A stretch of 64,000 bases of DNA, taken from contig OZ024748.1 in NCBI GenBank assembly GCA_964016885.1, positions 42,222,001-42,286,000 on the forward strand. The letters are read 5' to 3'. Shown here one piece after another: positions 49,361-63,500 of the stretch (the first letter of the stretch is position 1; each line of letters begins with the position of its first letter). The notes under the pieces are model-generated. The model saw only the letters and a program-made list of their open reading frames with translations, searched no databases and had not been told where the DNA came from. The translations under genes were made by a program, and so were the position numbers. Origin of the DNA: Eledone cirrhosa (taxonomy: Eukaryota).

Positions 49361-50879
49361 ATTCTGTCTGCCGGGGCTGTGGGTGGGCCCCATTGCGTAC
49401 CGTTGTAGTTGTTGTAGAGACCCTTCTAATTAAATACAAATTCTGAATTATTGGACATTTTTCAGGGGTCTACTTCCATTTTTAAAGTATTACTGACATC
49501 ACATCTATTGAGAGAAATATATATATATATATATAACTATCATACAATAGACATCACACCGCCCGGTCTGTTTTCCTCTATTCTCCCTTCTTACCTTTTC
49601 TATGCCTCCTTTGTCTGCAAGTTGGACTACAGTCCTTACTTTCTCCTGTTTTACTATTTCTCCCCTTTCTATATTTTTCTCCTCTGTCTAACCCCTTCCA
49701 CACTCTTTATTTGTGTCATTTACCTAAAGCCATAACTAGTCTCTGTTTTGTTGTGTCCCAATATTCAGATGTATACGTGATGCTGTCTCTTCCTTCTTTT
49801 TTACAATATTGACACTTCGTCTGATAAGTAATACCTTAAGGTACCCACATCATGGAGTGCTTATGTCTGATTACGCCACAGTCAGTCAATTGCTTCATCA
49901 ACCAGCACTGATTCCTTGGAATAGTGTGTATATATATATATTTCTTCTTCATCTTCTCCCACTTATTACTGAGAGGACCTTGTCAGCAGGTCCTGTGAGA
50001 AACAACCATCTCCAACTAATCTGACTGGAATCCAAAGTGAGACCAGCCAAGCTCATGGATGTTATCCAACCATCTTGCTCAGGGTCTACCCCTGGGTCTC
50101 CTGCCAGTTGGTTTTGTCCATAAAATCTCTCCAGTGATTCTTTCCTGAGACATTCTAACCACATCTCCATAGTATTGGAAATTCACTCCAGTGAGAACCA
50201 ATGATTAGCTATCATCTCTCTCTCTCTCTCTCTCTCGCCCCCTTTCTCTCTCACCAAATGGATACTTCAAGTTTTTTAGTTTCCGGTCTTCAGATGATAA
50301 TGAGAAAATAGGATATATAAAAGTAAAAAAACTTTAGTTAAAAATTTCAGAAGGTAAATGCATGGTGAAAGATAACTAAAATGTGTCAGGGAAATATTTT
50401 AGGAATATAAAATATAAAAACACTATATTGAAATTGTTCAATATAGGTGGTGAAAGTGAGAGAGTAGTGAGTGGTGTAAGAGAGTGATGGATGTAATGAA
50501 AAATGGTCTTATGGAGAGGGAGTGAGGGCTAGCACCGTAGAGAGGGTGATGTAAGTATTTATAGGGTATAAATTGATCCGATGCTATCTCATATATAGCT
50601 GCTGAGATAGGGGAAAGAAGTACATTAATAAGGGTTCTAATGAGGTTGAATACAGAAAAAAGACTAAAGACATCCATTATTGTGTGGGCAGTATGGTGCA
50701 GTGAATGGGTGAGACTGAAGAATTAGAGTGAGAATTAAAACAGTGGGGTGTTGCAGATGGTGACACATTAGAGAAATATTAGACAGGAGACCGAAATGTA
50801 GATATACTTCCCAGCTTCAAACACTCCCATCTATTTTAACATTTATTTTTCCTTGCTTGTGGGAAAGAACTGGTCTTCT

Positions 50880-51935
50880 CCAGTACTGTGTCTTACCAAA
50901 CTTCCTTTCTCATTTTTTTGTGATGTCATCTTCAGCACTTTGTCCTAAGTTATCTTAGGTCTTCCTCATCCACGAGTTCCAACCCCTAGGAGTACTCTAC
51001 ACTGCTTTATACAATTGTCAAGTGTTCCAGCCCCTAGGAGTACTCTACACTGCTTTATACAATTGTCAAGAGTTCCAGCCCCTAGGAGTACCCTAAACTT
51101 CTTTATACAATTGTCAAGGGTTCCTGCCCCTAGGAATACCCTAAACTTCCTTACACAATTGTCAAGGGTTCCAGCCCCTAGGAGTACCCTAAACTTCCTT
51201 ATACAATTGTCAAGGGGTCCAGCCCCTAGGAGTACCCTACACTTCTTCATACAATTATCAAGTGTTCCAGCCCCTAGGAGTACTCTACACTGCTTTATAC
51301 AATTGTCAAGTGTTCCAGCCCCTAGGAGTACCCTACACTTCTTCATACAATTATCAAGTGTTCCAGCCCCTAGGAGTACTCTACACTGCTTTATACAATT
51401 GTCAAGTGTTCCAGCCCCTAGGAGTACTCTACACTGCTTTATACAATTGTCAAGTGTTCCAGCCCCTAGGAGTACTCTACACTGCTTTATACAATTGTCA
51501 AGTGTTCCAGCCCCTAGGAGTACCCTAAACTTCCTTACACAATTGTCAAGGGTTCCAGCCCCTAGGAGTACCCTAAACTTCCTTACACAATTGTCAAGAG
51601 GTCCAGCCCCTAGGAGTACCCTACACTGCTTTATACAATTGTCAAGAGTTCCAGCCCCTAGGAGTACCCTAAACTTCTTTATACAATTGTCAAGGGTTCC
51701 TGCCCCTAGGAATACCCTAAACTTCCTTACACAATTGTCAAGGGGTCCAGCCCCTAGGAGTACCCTAAACTTTCTTATACAATTGTCAAGGGTTCCAGCC
51801 CCTAGGAGTACCCTACACTGCTTTATACAATTGTCAAGGGGTCCAGCCCCTAGGAGTACCCTAAACTTCCTTATACAATTGTCAAGGGGTCCTGCCCCTA
51901 GGAGTACCCTACACTTCTTTATACAATTGTCAAGT
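50880..51935 (-). repeat. 48 bp tandem repeat, about 20 copies, continuous with an RTE remnant
   Basis: The unit encodes LDNCIKKCRVLLGAGT and runs into G*GRPKIT*DKV. Confidence 0.93.
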
Positions 51936-52752
51936 CTACTGAAATACTTCCCAGGTAAGTGTAGATCAACAAAAGTGAAAATTCTTCTCATCCCTCAAAA
52001 AATTCAAAACAAAAATCAATCAACTTGAAAACATTGAATTAGATTTTATCTATTAAATAACAAAATAAGATTGAGACACCACACCGACAGTCCCCTATAG
52101 ACACCACACTGACAGTCCCCTATAGACACCACACTGAGAGTCTCCTATAGACATAACCACAGAGATCCATTTGTTGACGAAATCATATATATATATATAT
52201 ATGGTGTAAACCATATCTAATATTCTAACATCTTGATAGATAACATCACAAAATCAGACAAACACTATAGCCATCAACTATAATACCTTAACTCCCTTGG
52301 CGCTGTGGGTGATAGAAGTCACCGATAGAGTAATTTCCCCTTAGTACATAATACAGTGTCAAGGGAGGCAATTCATAACAAAATTCAGCCTCGTAAAGGT
52401 TATAGAAACAAAAGAACTAGCCTTCCAACTAAAAGAAGTCTGCAAGGAATGTTTTGCCATACACAGAGCCTATATTACCTCTAATAACCATAAGTTCAAT
52501 TTTTCTCCAACTCACGGAGCAGGTTAACAAATAGCGCCCTCATTATGAATAAGCAAAGTAGAACTGATTAGCAAAGTGGAACTGTAGTATTGGAGTTATT
52601 AAGGTTATTACGTGATTCTATAGTATAGAAAAATATAAAACTTTGCAGATTTAACCAATATTATACAGAGGAATTTTATGTTTGGGAAAAGTCAAAATGG
52701 CTTTTTACCAATATATATATATATATATATTGTCCAATATATATATATATAT

Positions 52753-53335
52753 TGTCCAAGACAATGTCACTGGACCGAGACCTTTGGCGGTACTCAGTAA
52801 TAGAGAAGACCCGCCTTACCTAAATACAAAGTAAAAACCTACTACAGTCAGTAGGCATCTCTATCAAAACACACCCCCGTCCCACCACCTCCACCCCATC
52901 CACACCACCCCTTTCAATGTAAAGTTATGTTGGTCCCACAACATCCAGGCCGAAACAAATGAGATCGTGTAGGTGTCACGACAAAAATAAAACACACAGT
53001 CCACGCTGTAAATGTGGCCGTGTAGGCAACACGGTAAAAACCTCCCAGCCCCACACTGTAAATGTGGTTGGTGTTAAGAAGGGTATCCAGCTGTAGAAAA
53101 CCCGCCAGACAGTCCACACTGTAATGTGGCCGTGTAGGCAACACGGTAAAAACCTCCCAGCCCCACACTGTAAATGTGGTTGGTGTTAGGAAGGGCATCC
53201 AACTGTAGAAAACCCGTCAGACAGTCCTATGCGAGCAAGACAACCACTCTTGCCTCAAGTGGGAAAACCCCCGTCCAAACCCATGCAAGCGTGGAACACG
53301 GATGCTAAACCTGATGATGATGATGATGATGATGA
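52753..53335 (+). mobile_element. RTE LINE 3' end
   Basis: SKTMSLDRDLWRYSVIEKTRL, 3' UTR and (ATG)n tail. Confidence 0.88.
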
Positions 53336-53427
53336 TATATATATCTTGGAAGAGACATTTTAGCCATTAAAAAACAAACAAACCCAAACCGAAAGAGTTT
53401 GTTTAATTCATTTTACAATTATATATA

Positions 53428-54825
53428 TCATCATCATCATCATCATCATCAACGTTTAACGTCCGTGTTCCACGCTTGCATGGGTTTGGACGGGGGTAGT
53501 CCCACTTGAGGCAAGAGTGATTGTCTTGCTCGCATAGGACTGTCTGGCAGGTTTTCTACAGTTGGATGCCCTTCCTAACACCAACCACATTTACAGTGTG
53601 GGTCTGGGAGGTTTTTACCGTGTTGCCTACACGGCCACATTACAGCGTGGACTGTGTGTTTTTTTGTCGTGACACCTACACGATCTCATTTGTTTCGGCC
53701 TGGATGGCGCGGCACCAACATAACTTTACATAGGACGGGGTGGTGTGGATGGGTGGGGGTGGTGGCGGGACGGGGTGTATTTTGTTAGAGATGCCTACTG
53801 GCAAGGCGGGTCTTCTCTGTTACTGAGTACCGCCAAAGGTCTCGGTCCAGTGACATTGTCTTGGAGAGGTGTAAGTGTGTGAGGTCGGAGTTTATCAGCT
53901 CGTCCCAGGTTTTTCTAGGTCTGCCTATTCCGTGGCTACCGTCTATCTTTATTGCCCTGCACTTTGTTATACAGCTATCGACTTTCATGCGCATCACGTG
54001 TCCATACCAACGTAGCCTTCTCTCGAGTAAACAGCATCTGATCCCTCTTATCTCTAATTTTTTCCTTAGTTCGTTTATGCTTTGCCGTTCACGTATATTA
54101 CTGTTACACATCCAGCGGAGCATGCAAGCTTCGTTCCTCTCTAGTCTGCGTATATCCTCTGCACACAATGCCCAGGTCTCACTGCCATGCAACATTGCTG
54201 TTCGTATGCAGGCATCGTACAACCTGCCTTTCATTTTTAGGGAGAACCCTTTAGCAGCTAATAGTGGTATAAGCTCTCTGAACTTTTTCCAACCAGTTCT
54301 GACTCTAGCTACAGTACTTTCAGAGCACCCTCCCCCACTGCTGATTTTATCGCCCAGGTAACGGAAGCTGTCCACTATTTCTATAGAACCCTCTGCGCAA
54401 TTGAAAGAGCTAGTATTTTGTGGGCACTTGCTGCTACTTATTGCACCAGAACACCGGCCACATGTAAAATCTATGTTCTTAGTTAGCTTACCTGTGATCC
54501 CACTACATCTTTTATGCACCCATACTTTGCATTTAGGACATAAAATGGAGTTTCTACCTACGCCTTTCCTACACACCGAGCACGACCATTTCCCAGAAGG
54601 GACCGCCGCCTTGTTTTCTTTCCTACAAACTAGAACTTTGGTCTTAGCCAGGTTAATTTTAAGTCCTTTTGACTCTAGGCCGTGCTTCCATGTTTGGAAT
54701 TTCTTCTCTAGCTCGACCATTGATTCCGCTATGAGTGTCAGGTCGTCTGCGTATAGGAGTTCCCATGGGCAGCCTGTCTTGAACTCCTCTGTTATAGCCT
54801 GAAGGGCAATAATAAATAGTAGGGG
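53428..54825 (-). mobile_element. 5'-truncated RTE-clade LINE with an open RT C-terminal frame
   Basis: PWELLYADDL, a Cys-rich insert, FRYLG, LRWYGHVMRM, GRPRKTW; (ATG)n tail. Confidence 0.93.
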
Positions 54826-55459
54826 TATATATATATAAATATATATTTCGTTTCTGAATTAAAATTAAACCAAAATTAAAACCAAAATTAAAACCAAAAT
54901 TAAAACCAAAATTAAATAGAAAATATGAGTGGAACAGCAACATCACAACTTACAATTAAGGACAAAATGAAAACACACACAGGACAAAATGAAAACACAC
55001 ACACACATAGAACAAACAACTTACAATTAAGGACAAAATGAAAACACACACAGGACAAAATGAAAACACACACACACATAGAACAAACAACCAACCAACA
55101 ATAAATAAATAAATAAATAAACAAATAGATAAATGAACACAAACACACACAGACACCCGGATGTGGCGCATGCGCAAACTGAGCACACAACACACACACA
55201 GAAACAAAATGGCGTAGGATAGAAGAAAGGAAAGGCACAGAAACAAAGGAAAGGAATCCCCAGTCACTGAAGAGGTCACAGAGTGTGTGACGAAAGGACT
55301 ATGACTATATATAAACAACTATCTGGTTGTGGAACCAACCAACCAACCAGAAATTTATAAGTTTGTAAATTTGTAAATTTATAAATATATAATAAATTGA
55401 AGTGAAAGCAACTGTGCGTGTGTTTCTTATTGGCAACATGACCCTCCCAAAGTATAACA

Positions 55460-55502
<43 letters not shown>

Positions 55503-56167
55503 ATATATATGTATATATATAATGTATATATGTGTATATATATAATATATACATGTGTATGCTAATTATCCAATAATCATTTAGGATAGTGCCAGGCTTC
55601 TCAAGAATCATAACTTACCGAACTTCTGATGCAAATCTGTAAAAAATTAATAAAAAATCAATTTTTTAAGATCACTGAATTGATAAATTAATTGCTGTTA
55701 GTTAAAGCATTGAAGTCGTGCAATCTTCGTTAGGCAGCAAGATGCAGAAAGTCAGTAGGAAGCCGTCATGCTCAGTGCAGTATATATTAGTTTTAAAGGA
55801 AGGAAAATTATTTAAAAAAAAAAATGGACACCAAAAAAAAAAAAAAAAAAAAAGAAGAGAAAACCCCAGATAAAAATGATTTCCCTAAAATAAGGTTTAA
55901 CTATGGATTAGTATTAAGGTTGAGGACTGGAGTTCCACAAGGCTTAAGATAGCCAAGAAACGCTGTATGTCAATATGGCGCCCTCTACGGCTCTATCAGG
56001 AGTACGGGGCCATAGTATTAAGGTTAATATTAATTTCTACTTTAGGAACAAGGTCAGTAAATTTGGAAGAAGGACAAAATGTTGTTGTTGTGACAGCTCA
56101 CACCTATACAGGTTTAGCTGGCCTCCTCCAAGGTATATCTCGTTGGAGGTGTCTTGGGTGATTTAAT

Positions 56168-56335
56168 GATAGGGACCCCAGTCCTATCATCTCATTTCTA
56201 CAGCTGAGTAAACTGGAACAACGTGAAATAAAGTGTTTTGCTCAAGGAAACAACACATCACCCGGTCCGAGAATTGAACTCACAACCTTTCGATTGCAAG
56301 CCCAATGCTCTAACCACTAAGCCATGCGCCTTCAC
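56168..56335 (-). mobile_element. SINE family B
   Basis: Match to 16715-16878. Confidence 0.8.
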
Positions 56336-56629
56336 AAAAATGACTTTGCATACAGTTCTCCTTTTACAGGCTGCCATGGAAAAGATAGTTTTTTTTTTAC
56401 TATAATCCTTCACAATGGCCTCACTAACCTGACTAGTGCCTTCTAAATAATGGACCATTCCATTCCATTCCTAAGAACTTTTTATTCTCTTCTTTGTAAA
56501 TAGTCTATCATATTTTTTTTCTTTTATGCACCTTTTTTATATTTTAAATTTATTCACAGCTAGTGAAATAAATAAGGAAAAAGAAGTTGATTAAATCAAC
56601 CCCAGTACTTGTGGTCGTCGTCAAGACAC

Positions 56630-57000
56630 CTCTGCTGTCACTATGAAACCCTTGGTGTTGCTGTCGAGACCCTTGGTGTGTTGCTGTTGACCTCTGGTGT
56701 TGCTGTTGACCTCTGGTGTTGCTGTTGACCTCTGGTGTCACTGTTGACCTCTGGTGTTGATCATCGGGGTAGAGACCTCTGGTGACTTCAATCCCAAAAC
56801 TGCCATTTTCCTCCACAAAATTAGGCGGAGGGCATCCCACCTGCGGAATGATCCCCCGTGGGGTAGAGTGGCTGATGTAGTGAGTGTTGCTGGTTGTCCT
56901 GCGTGGCAATACATCCGCTCTTTTGTCTACAGGGCACAGCTGAGGTATACTATCTTGGGGTTTAAGGACTGCCACTCTCTCCCTTACTTTTCCTAGTGAA
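56630..57000 (+). mobile_element. CRE-like LINE 3' remnant preceded by a 19 bp tandem repeat
   Basis: IIGVETSGDFNPKTAIFLHKIRRRASHLRNDP resembles 49260-49360; tgttgctgttgacctctgg repeats. Confidence 0.55.
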
Positions 57001-57062
57001 GTGGACGCTAATATATTTTTTAACTTAAAATTCTACAGTTATCGATGAGAACAAACCATTAT

Positions 57063-57855
57063 GTTGGTAGATTGGCAGTATCGGTAGAGGGTCGGACGCC
57101 ATGCTTTGACGCATAGAGTTACGGCCCTTGCCATTCTGAGTTCAAATCCCGCCGAGGTTATCTTTGCCTTTCATCCTTACGGGGTCGATAAAATAAAGTA
57201 CCAGTAATGTACTAGGTATTTGTTGGCCTTGTGCCAAAAGTAGAAACAATTATGTAAATTAAAAAATATACAAGGGAGACAACCTCAATATTCAAAGGTA
57301 AGTGTCTATAATGTTGAAGTTACCTCCCATGTCCTTTCCTTTAAAAATATTATCAGTAATCATTTGGAACAGATTAGCAACATACTTTGTAGTATTTGTT
57401 CTGAGTTCAAATCCTGCTGAGGTTAACTTTGCCTTTCTTCTTCCCGGGGTTGATATAATATAGTACCAGTCACATACTTGGGTCAATATAATCGTCTTTC
57501 CCTTCTTTAAAAAAAAAAAGATTACTGGTCTTGTGCCACAAATGTTAGAAAGAGTTATTATTGGTAGAGCATCGGACACCCTGCTTTGCGGTATAAAGTA
57601 ACGACCTTTCAAGTTCCGAGTTCAAATCCCACCTAGGTTAGCTTTGCCTTTCATTCTTATCGAGGTCGATAAAATAAAGTGCCAGTAATGCACTGGGGTC
57701 GATTTAATCAACTTTCCCCTCCCCCAAAATTGCTGGCCTTGTGCCTATATAAGAAACCATTGAGGTTAACTTTGCCTTTCATCCTTACGGGGTCGATAAA
57801 ATACCAGTAATGCACTGGGTAATTGCTGGCCTTTTACCAAAAGTAGAAACAATTA
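57063..57855 (+). mobile_element. Cluster of about 4 SINE family A copies and fragments
   Basis: Repeated core gcctttcatcc...gtcgataaaataaagtaccag. Confidence 0.8.
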
Positions 57856-58050
57856 TTATTGTGTATTGTGGTGTTTGTGTTTAAGAGCTGAGCCATTTCT
57901 ACAACATGTAACTATGACCTTGTGATAACCTTTTGTTGTGTCCCTGTCTGCCATATTATATCGATTCTCCCAACACAGAAAGTTAGAAAACCTTATATCT
58001 ATGCTGTAAAACCTCTCCATCAACCCTATTACTATCACCATCCTCACAAA

Positions 58051-58094
<44 letters not shown>

Positions 58095-58772
58095 ACATCA
58101 TTATTATGTTTTTGGTTAATTTTCGTCAGTTGCTGTCCACAACATCAACAACAACAGCAATGATAACAACAACTACAACATATGTCCGTGCAGACATCAA
58201 TGATACGATGCAACATGCAAACAAAATGCTGCTCAATGTGATTAAGTATAAAAAAGAAGAAAGAGAGAAATGAGAAAAAGAAATAATAAAATACCAGAGA
58301 ATCTCGGACAATATTGGAGAATATCTACTACTGGCACTAATTTCATTCATAAGTTATATGTATATATGAAACTGGGACCTCCATAGTGTCAGCAAATACA
58401 TGTTTATGAATAACAGCCGGAAGATAAGATGTTAATAAAAAGGGAAATAGAAAGACAAAGATGTGAATCTAAGATGAGTCAGTTTTAAGAGATGGAAATA
58501 TAATGAAGATCAACAATGAAGGAGTAATTTCAAGCAAGAGATACAGAGATAAAGAACTGTATATATAAATAATAAAAAGATTATATATATATATATATAA
58601 CAAATTCTAGGATGGATTTATAGTTTCAAGCAAGAAGCAGAAAAATAAAGAAGTATATATATATATATAGTAATAATAATAAATGTGAAGACTAAAATCC
58701 GAAGAGGACTCGATAAGGATAAATATATATCAAATATATAAGCACCCTAGAACAAATATTTATTAAAATAAC

Positions 58773-58865
58773 AGATTAAAGTTTAAGCAAAGAATCGCTG
58801 CTTTCACCCTTAAAGGGATCTTCTGAAAGAGTGAAAGCAGCGATTCTTTGCTTAAACTTTAATCT
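58773..58865. repeat. Hairpin with 35 bp perfect arms
   Basis: agattaaagtttaagcaaagaatcgctgctttcac and its reverse complement. Confidence 0.92.
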
Positions 58866-58866
58866 A

Positions 58867-58936
<70 letters not shown>

Positions 58937-59164
58937 TTACAAATATAAATTAGCGAGAATCGTTTTCAGCTCAGGAATTAACGAAAATCAACGATATATA
59001 TATATCTATGTTACAAAGATTATTGAAGATATAGAAGTTTTAGAAGGGAAGCAAAGGATTAAGTTGAGGAAAAAAAAACATGCAGTGTTGCTTTTGTTAT
59101 GTATGTATGTATATCACTAAACCATGAAATCACCACCTAAATCTTATGTATGTATATATGTGTG

Positions 59165-60645
59165 TAAAAACAAAACCTGTCAAAGGGCAAAGGAGCTCTT
59201 AAGAGTCAATGGCCATCCAAAATCACGGGGAGAGATGACCCCTTAGCCTTTGTCAAGGCAGAATTCTAGGAGAAGGAAAACTCTGATATAACACCTGCAA
59301 CCCTGATGGTATCCAATGATGTTGACTTGTTCTTCTTTTTGGTAAATATCATCTTGGTTAAGAGAGTGGGACTGGCTTTGTGCAGTGCCTTTGCTCACTA
59401 TAAAAGCTTCACGGCACAGGCATTGCTTTATATCTGGAGATCTCTCTGCACTTGTTGTCACATGGTACCATGGGCCCAGCACTATGTGTCAATAATTGTC
59501 ACAAGTGTAGTGTTTGTACCAGAGTTTTCAAGTCGCTGGCTGGACTAAAAAGTCACACTCGTTCAGCGCATCAGTAGGGGTTCTCCTACATGGATATAAA
59601 GTAGTGGACGTACTCGAAAACGAGTTGGCAGCCACCACGTATGTATGTATGTATATATGTATGTATGTATATATGTATGTATGTATGTATGTGTGTCAGG
59701 TCACCAGTTGGTGCTACTGGTAACATGTATTCCAGTACAACCTGTCCCATGGTCGGGTCGTTGGCGACTAAACTGGCAACCCCACCAAGGTTTCTTAGTG
59801 AGGAGGGTGACTTTGGACATCCTGCAGGACTAAAAACAAAACCTGTCAAAGGGCAAAGGAGCTCTTAAGAGTCAATGGCCATCCAAAATCACCAGGAGAG
59901 ATGACCCCTTAGCCTTTGTCAAGGCAGAATTCTAGGAGAAGGAAATCTCTGATGGTATCCAATGATGTTGACTTGTTCTTCTTTTTGGTAAATATCATCT
60001 TGGTTAAGAGAGTGGGACTGGCTTTGTGCAGTGCCTTTGCTCACTATAAAAGCTTCACGGCACAGCATTGCTTTATATCTGGAGATCTCTCTGCACTTGG
60101 CGAAACATGGTACCATGGGCCCAGCGCTATGTGTCAATAATTGTCACAAGTGTAGTGTTTGTGCCAGAGTTTTCAAGTCGCTGGCTGGACTAAAAAGTCA
60201 CACTCGTTCAGCGCATCGGTAGGGGTACTCCTACATGGATATAAAGTAGTGGACGTACTCGAAAACGAGTTGGCAGCCACCATGTATGTATGTATGTATG
60301 GATGGATGTATGTACAAGGCAGAGGAACTCAGGAGTGTCAACGGCCATCCGATAAAGTATTTCTGTGGAGTGAGGGACTCCTAGTCTTCATTAAGACATC
60401 TCTCTAGGAGAAGGTCACTCTCATATAAAACCTGCGACTTTGTTTGTATCCAATGATGTAGACGAGTTCTACTTTTGGGGTAAATACATTCCATGATCAG
60501 AGAGTGGGAATTGGCCCCGTGCAAAGTCCTTCCACACTTAAAAAAGCTTCAAGCACAGGCATTGCTTGATATGTGATGCATGATATTGCTGGCCATAGGC
60601 ATGTCCCTAGCAGGACTAAAAAGCCACATCCGTGATGCACATGCT
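59165..60645 (+). mobile_element. Tandem copies of a short non-autonomous RTE-like retroelement with a C2H2 remnant and (TGTA)n tail
   Basis: 59165-59640 matches 59831-60282; CSVCARVFKSLAGLKSHTRSAH; diverged third copy at 60315-60645. Confidence 0.65.
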
Positions 60646-60689
60646 TAAATATCAAGGGATGGCATTACTTGAAATTGAGTTGTAGTCAT

Positions 60690-61720
<1,031 letters not shown>

Positions 61721-61722
<2 letters not shown>

Positions 61723-62120
61723 ATGAGGACAATCCCAAAGTAAGGTCCCCTTCCGATATTGCAACTTCTCCGTTAAAATCCTGTGGATGGTGCTTCGGGA
61801 AACCTCAGGAACCAAAATGCAGAGAGCATCCAGAGTGATCCGCCGATCTGTACACATGTTTTCCTCGGAAGGAGACCTTACTTTTGGGATTGCCCTCGTA
61901 TATAATAACTGTGTGAAATTCGCACTTGGCTGCGGTAGCGTTCAAGGGGAGCCATTCTCAACGGCTGCCAAGCCAAGACTGAGCATCCCAGCAAAGCGCG
62001 CGCATGCTTGTTTGGGAGTGAAGGAAGCACCAATCACAACAGTGTTGCCAACAGCCGTACAAACTGTCTCTCTGCGTCCCCATCGCTTTGGAGTCCTTAC
62101 TTTTGGGATTACCCTCGTAT
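61721..62120. mobile_element. mariner-like MITE(s)
   Basis: tatgaggacaatcccaaagtaagg left end; ccttacttttgggatt(g/a)ccctcgta right ends at ~61900 and ~62119. Confidence 0.7.
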
Positions 62121-62199
62121 TTCATTTTTACTCACACAAAGATATACTTTCACACACACACACACAGATACCCCTGTACCACATGTTTATAATATCAAA

Positions 62200-62950
62200 G
62201 ACACACACACACACATTGACACACACACACACACATTGACACACACACACACATTGACACACACACACACACATTGACACACACACACACATTGACATAC
62301 ACACGCAATGGCACACACATTAACACACACACACACACACATTGACACACACACACACACATTGACACACACACACACACATTGACACACACACACACAC
62401 ATTGACATACACACACACATTGACATACACACGCAATGGCACACATACATTAACACACACACACACATTGACACACACACATTGACACACACACAAATTG
62501 ACATACACACACACACATTGACACACACACACACATTGACACACACACACACACACGACACACACACATACACACACATATACATACACATTGACACACA
62601 CACAAACACACTCACACACACTGACACACACTGACACACATTGACACACACACATTGACCCACATACACACACACACTTACACACACTGACACACACACG
62701 CTCACATTGACACACACACACGCATTGACACACACACACACAATTACATACACACACACTTACACACACTGACACACACACACACATTGACACACACCCA
62801 CACACATATTGACACACACACACAGATTGACACACATACACATTGACACACACACACATTGATACGCACGCACACACATTCACACACGACACACATTCAC
62901 ACACATGACACACACACACACACACCCACACATACACACACACACACATA
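62200..62950. repeat. (CA)n-ttga compound repeat
   Basis: Directly visible. Confidence 0.95.
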
Positions 62951-63022
62951 CAGCTGTACCACATGTTTACAATATCAAAGACAAGAGCGGTTCTCCTGAA
63001 ATATTGTCAGTGCCATATATAC

Positions 63023-63151
63023 CTGGTGTATTTCTTCTGTAAATATGGCAAATATCCAGAAGAAAAGAAGCCATTCCAGAGGTGAAATCTGTGACTTCAG
63101 TTCTACAAGAACTACGTAGCTATAGATACCCAGGAATATTATGTAAAATAT
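63023..63151 (-). CDS. TRPM-family cation channel exon (S1-S2)
   Basis: tttcag|ATA ... CAG|gtatat on the - strand; IFYIIFLGIYSYVVLVELKSQISPLEWLLFFWIFAIFTEEIHQ. Confidence 0.9.
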
Positions 63152-63214
63152 CTGAAATGGTAACAGAATTTTGAAGAAATTAGTCAAAATAGATTTCTCA
63201 CCAACCTCATTAGT

Positions 63215-63500
63215 GTTTGTTGAACCACACAATAAACTTTCCCAGTACATGCTGTAAAGTATTTGGTGATAAGAAGGGCATCTAGCCATAGAAATCTTAC
63301 CAAACAAAGGACTGGGAGAACCCTTTAGTTATGTCAAGGATATGACGGCCTCCCTAATGTTGGTGAACCACACAATAAACTTTCCCAGTACATGCTATAA
63401 AGTATTTGGTGATAAGAAGGGCATCTAGCCATAGAAATCTTGCCAAACAAAAGCTTGGGAGGATCCTTTAGTTATGTCAAGGACATGACAACCCCTCCTG
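63215..63500. repeat. ~142 bp tandem duplication
   Basis: tgaaccacacaataaactttcccagtacatgc... occurs twice. Confidence 0.9.

Noticed and set aside
50966-52028. 341 and 337 aa ORFs as protein genes
   Set aside because: They are translations of a 48 bp tandem repeat derived from a LINE
55160-55185. GCGCATGCGC NRF1-like promoter motif
   Set aside because: An isolated motif in repeat-like intronic sequence with no CpG island or downstream ORF
60130-60222. Host C2H2 zinc-finger gene
   Set aside because: A single finger followed by a retroelement-type tail, duplicated with its flanks
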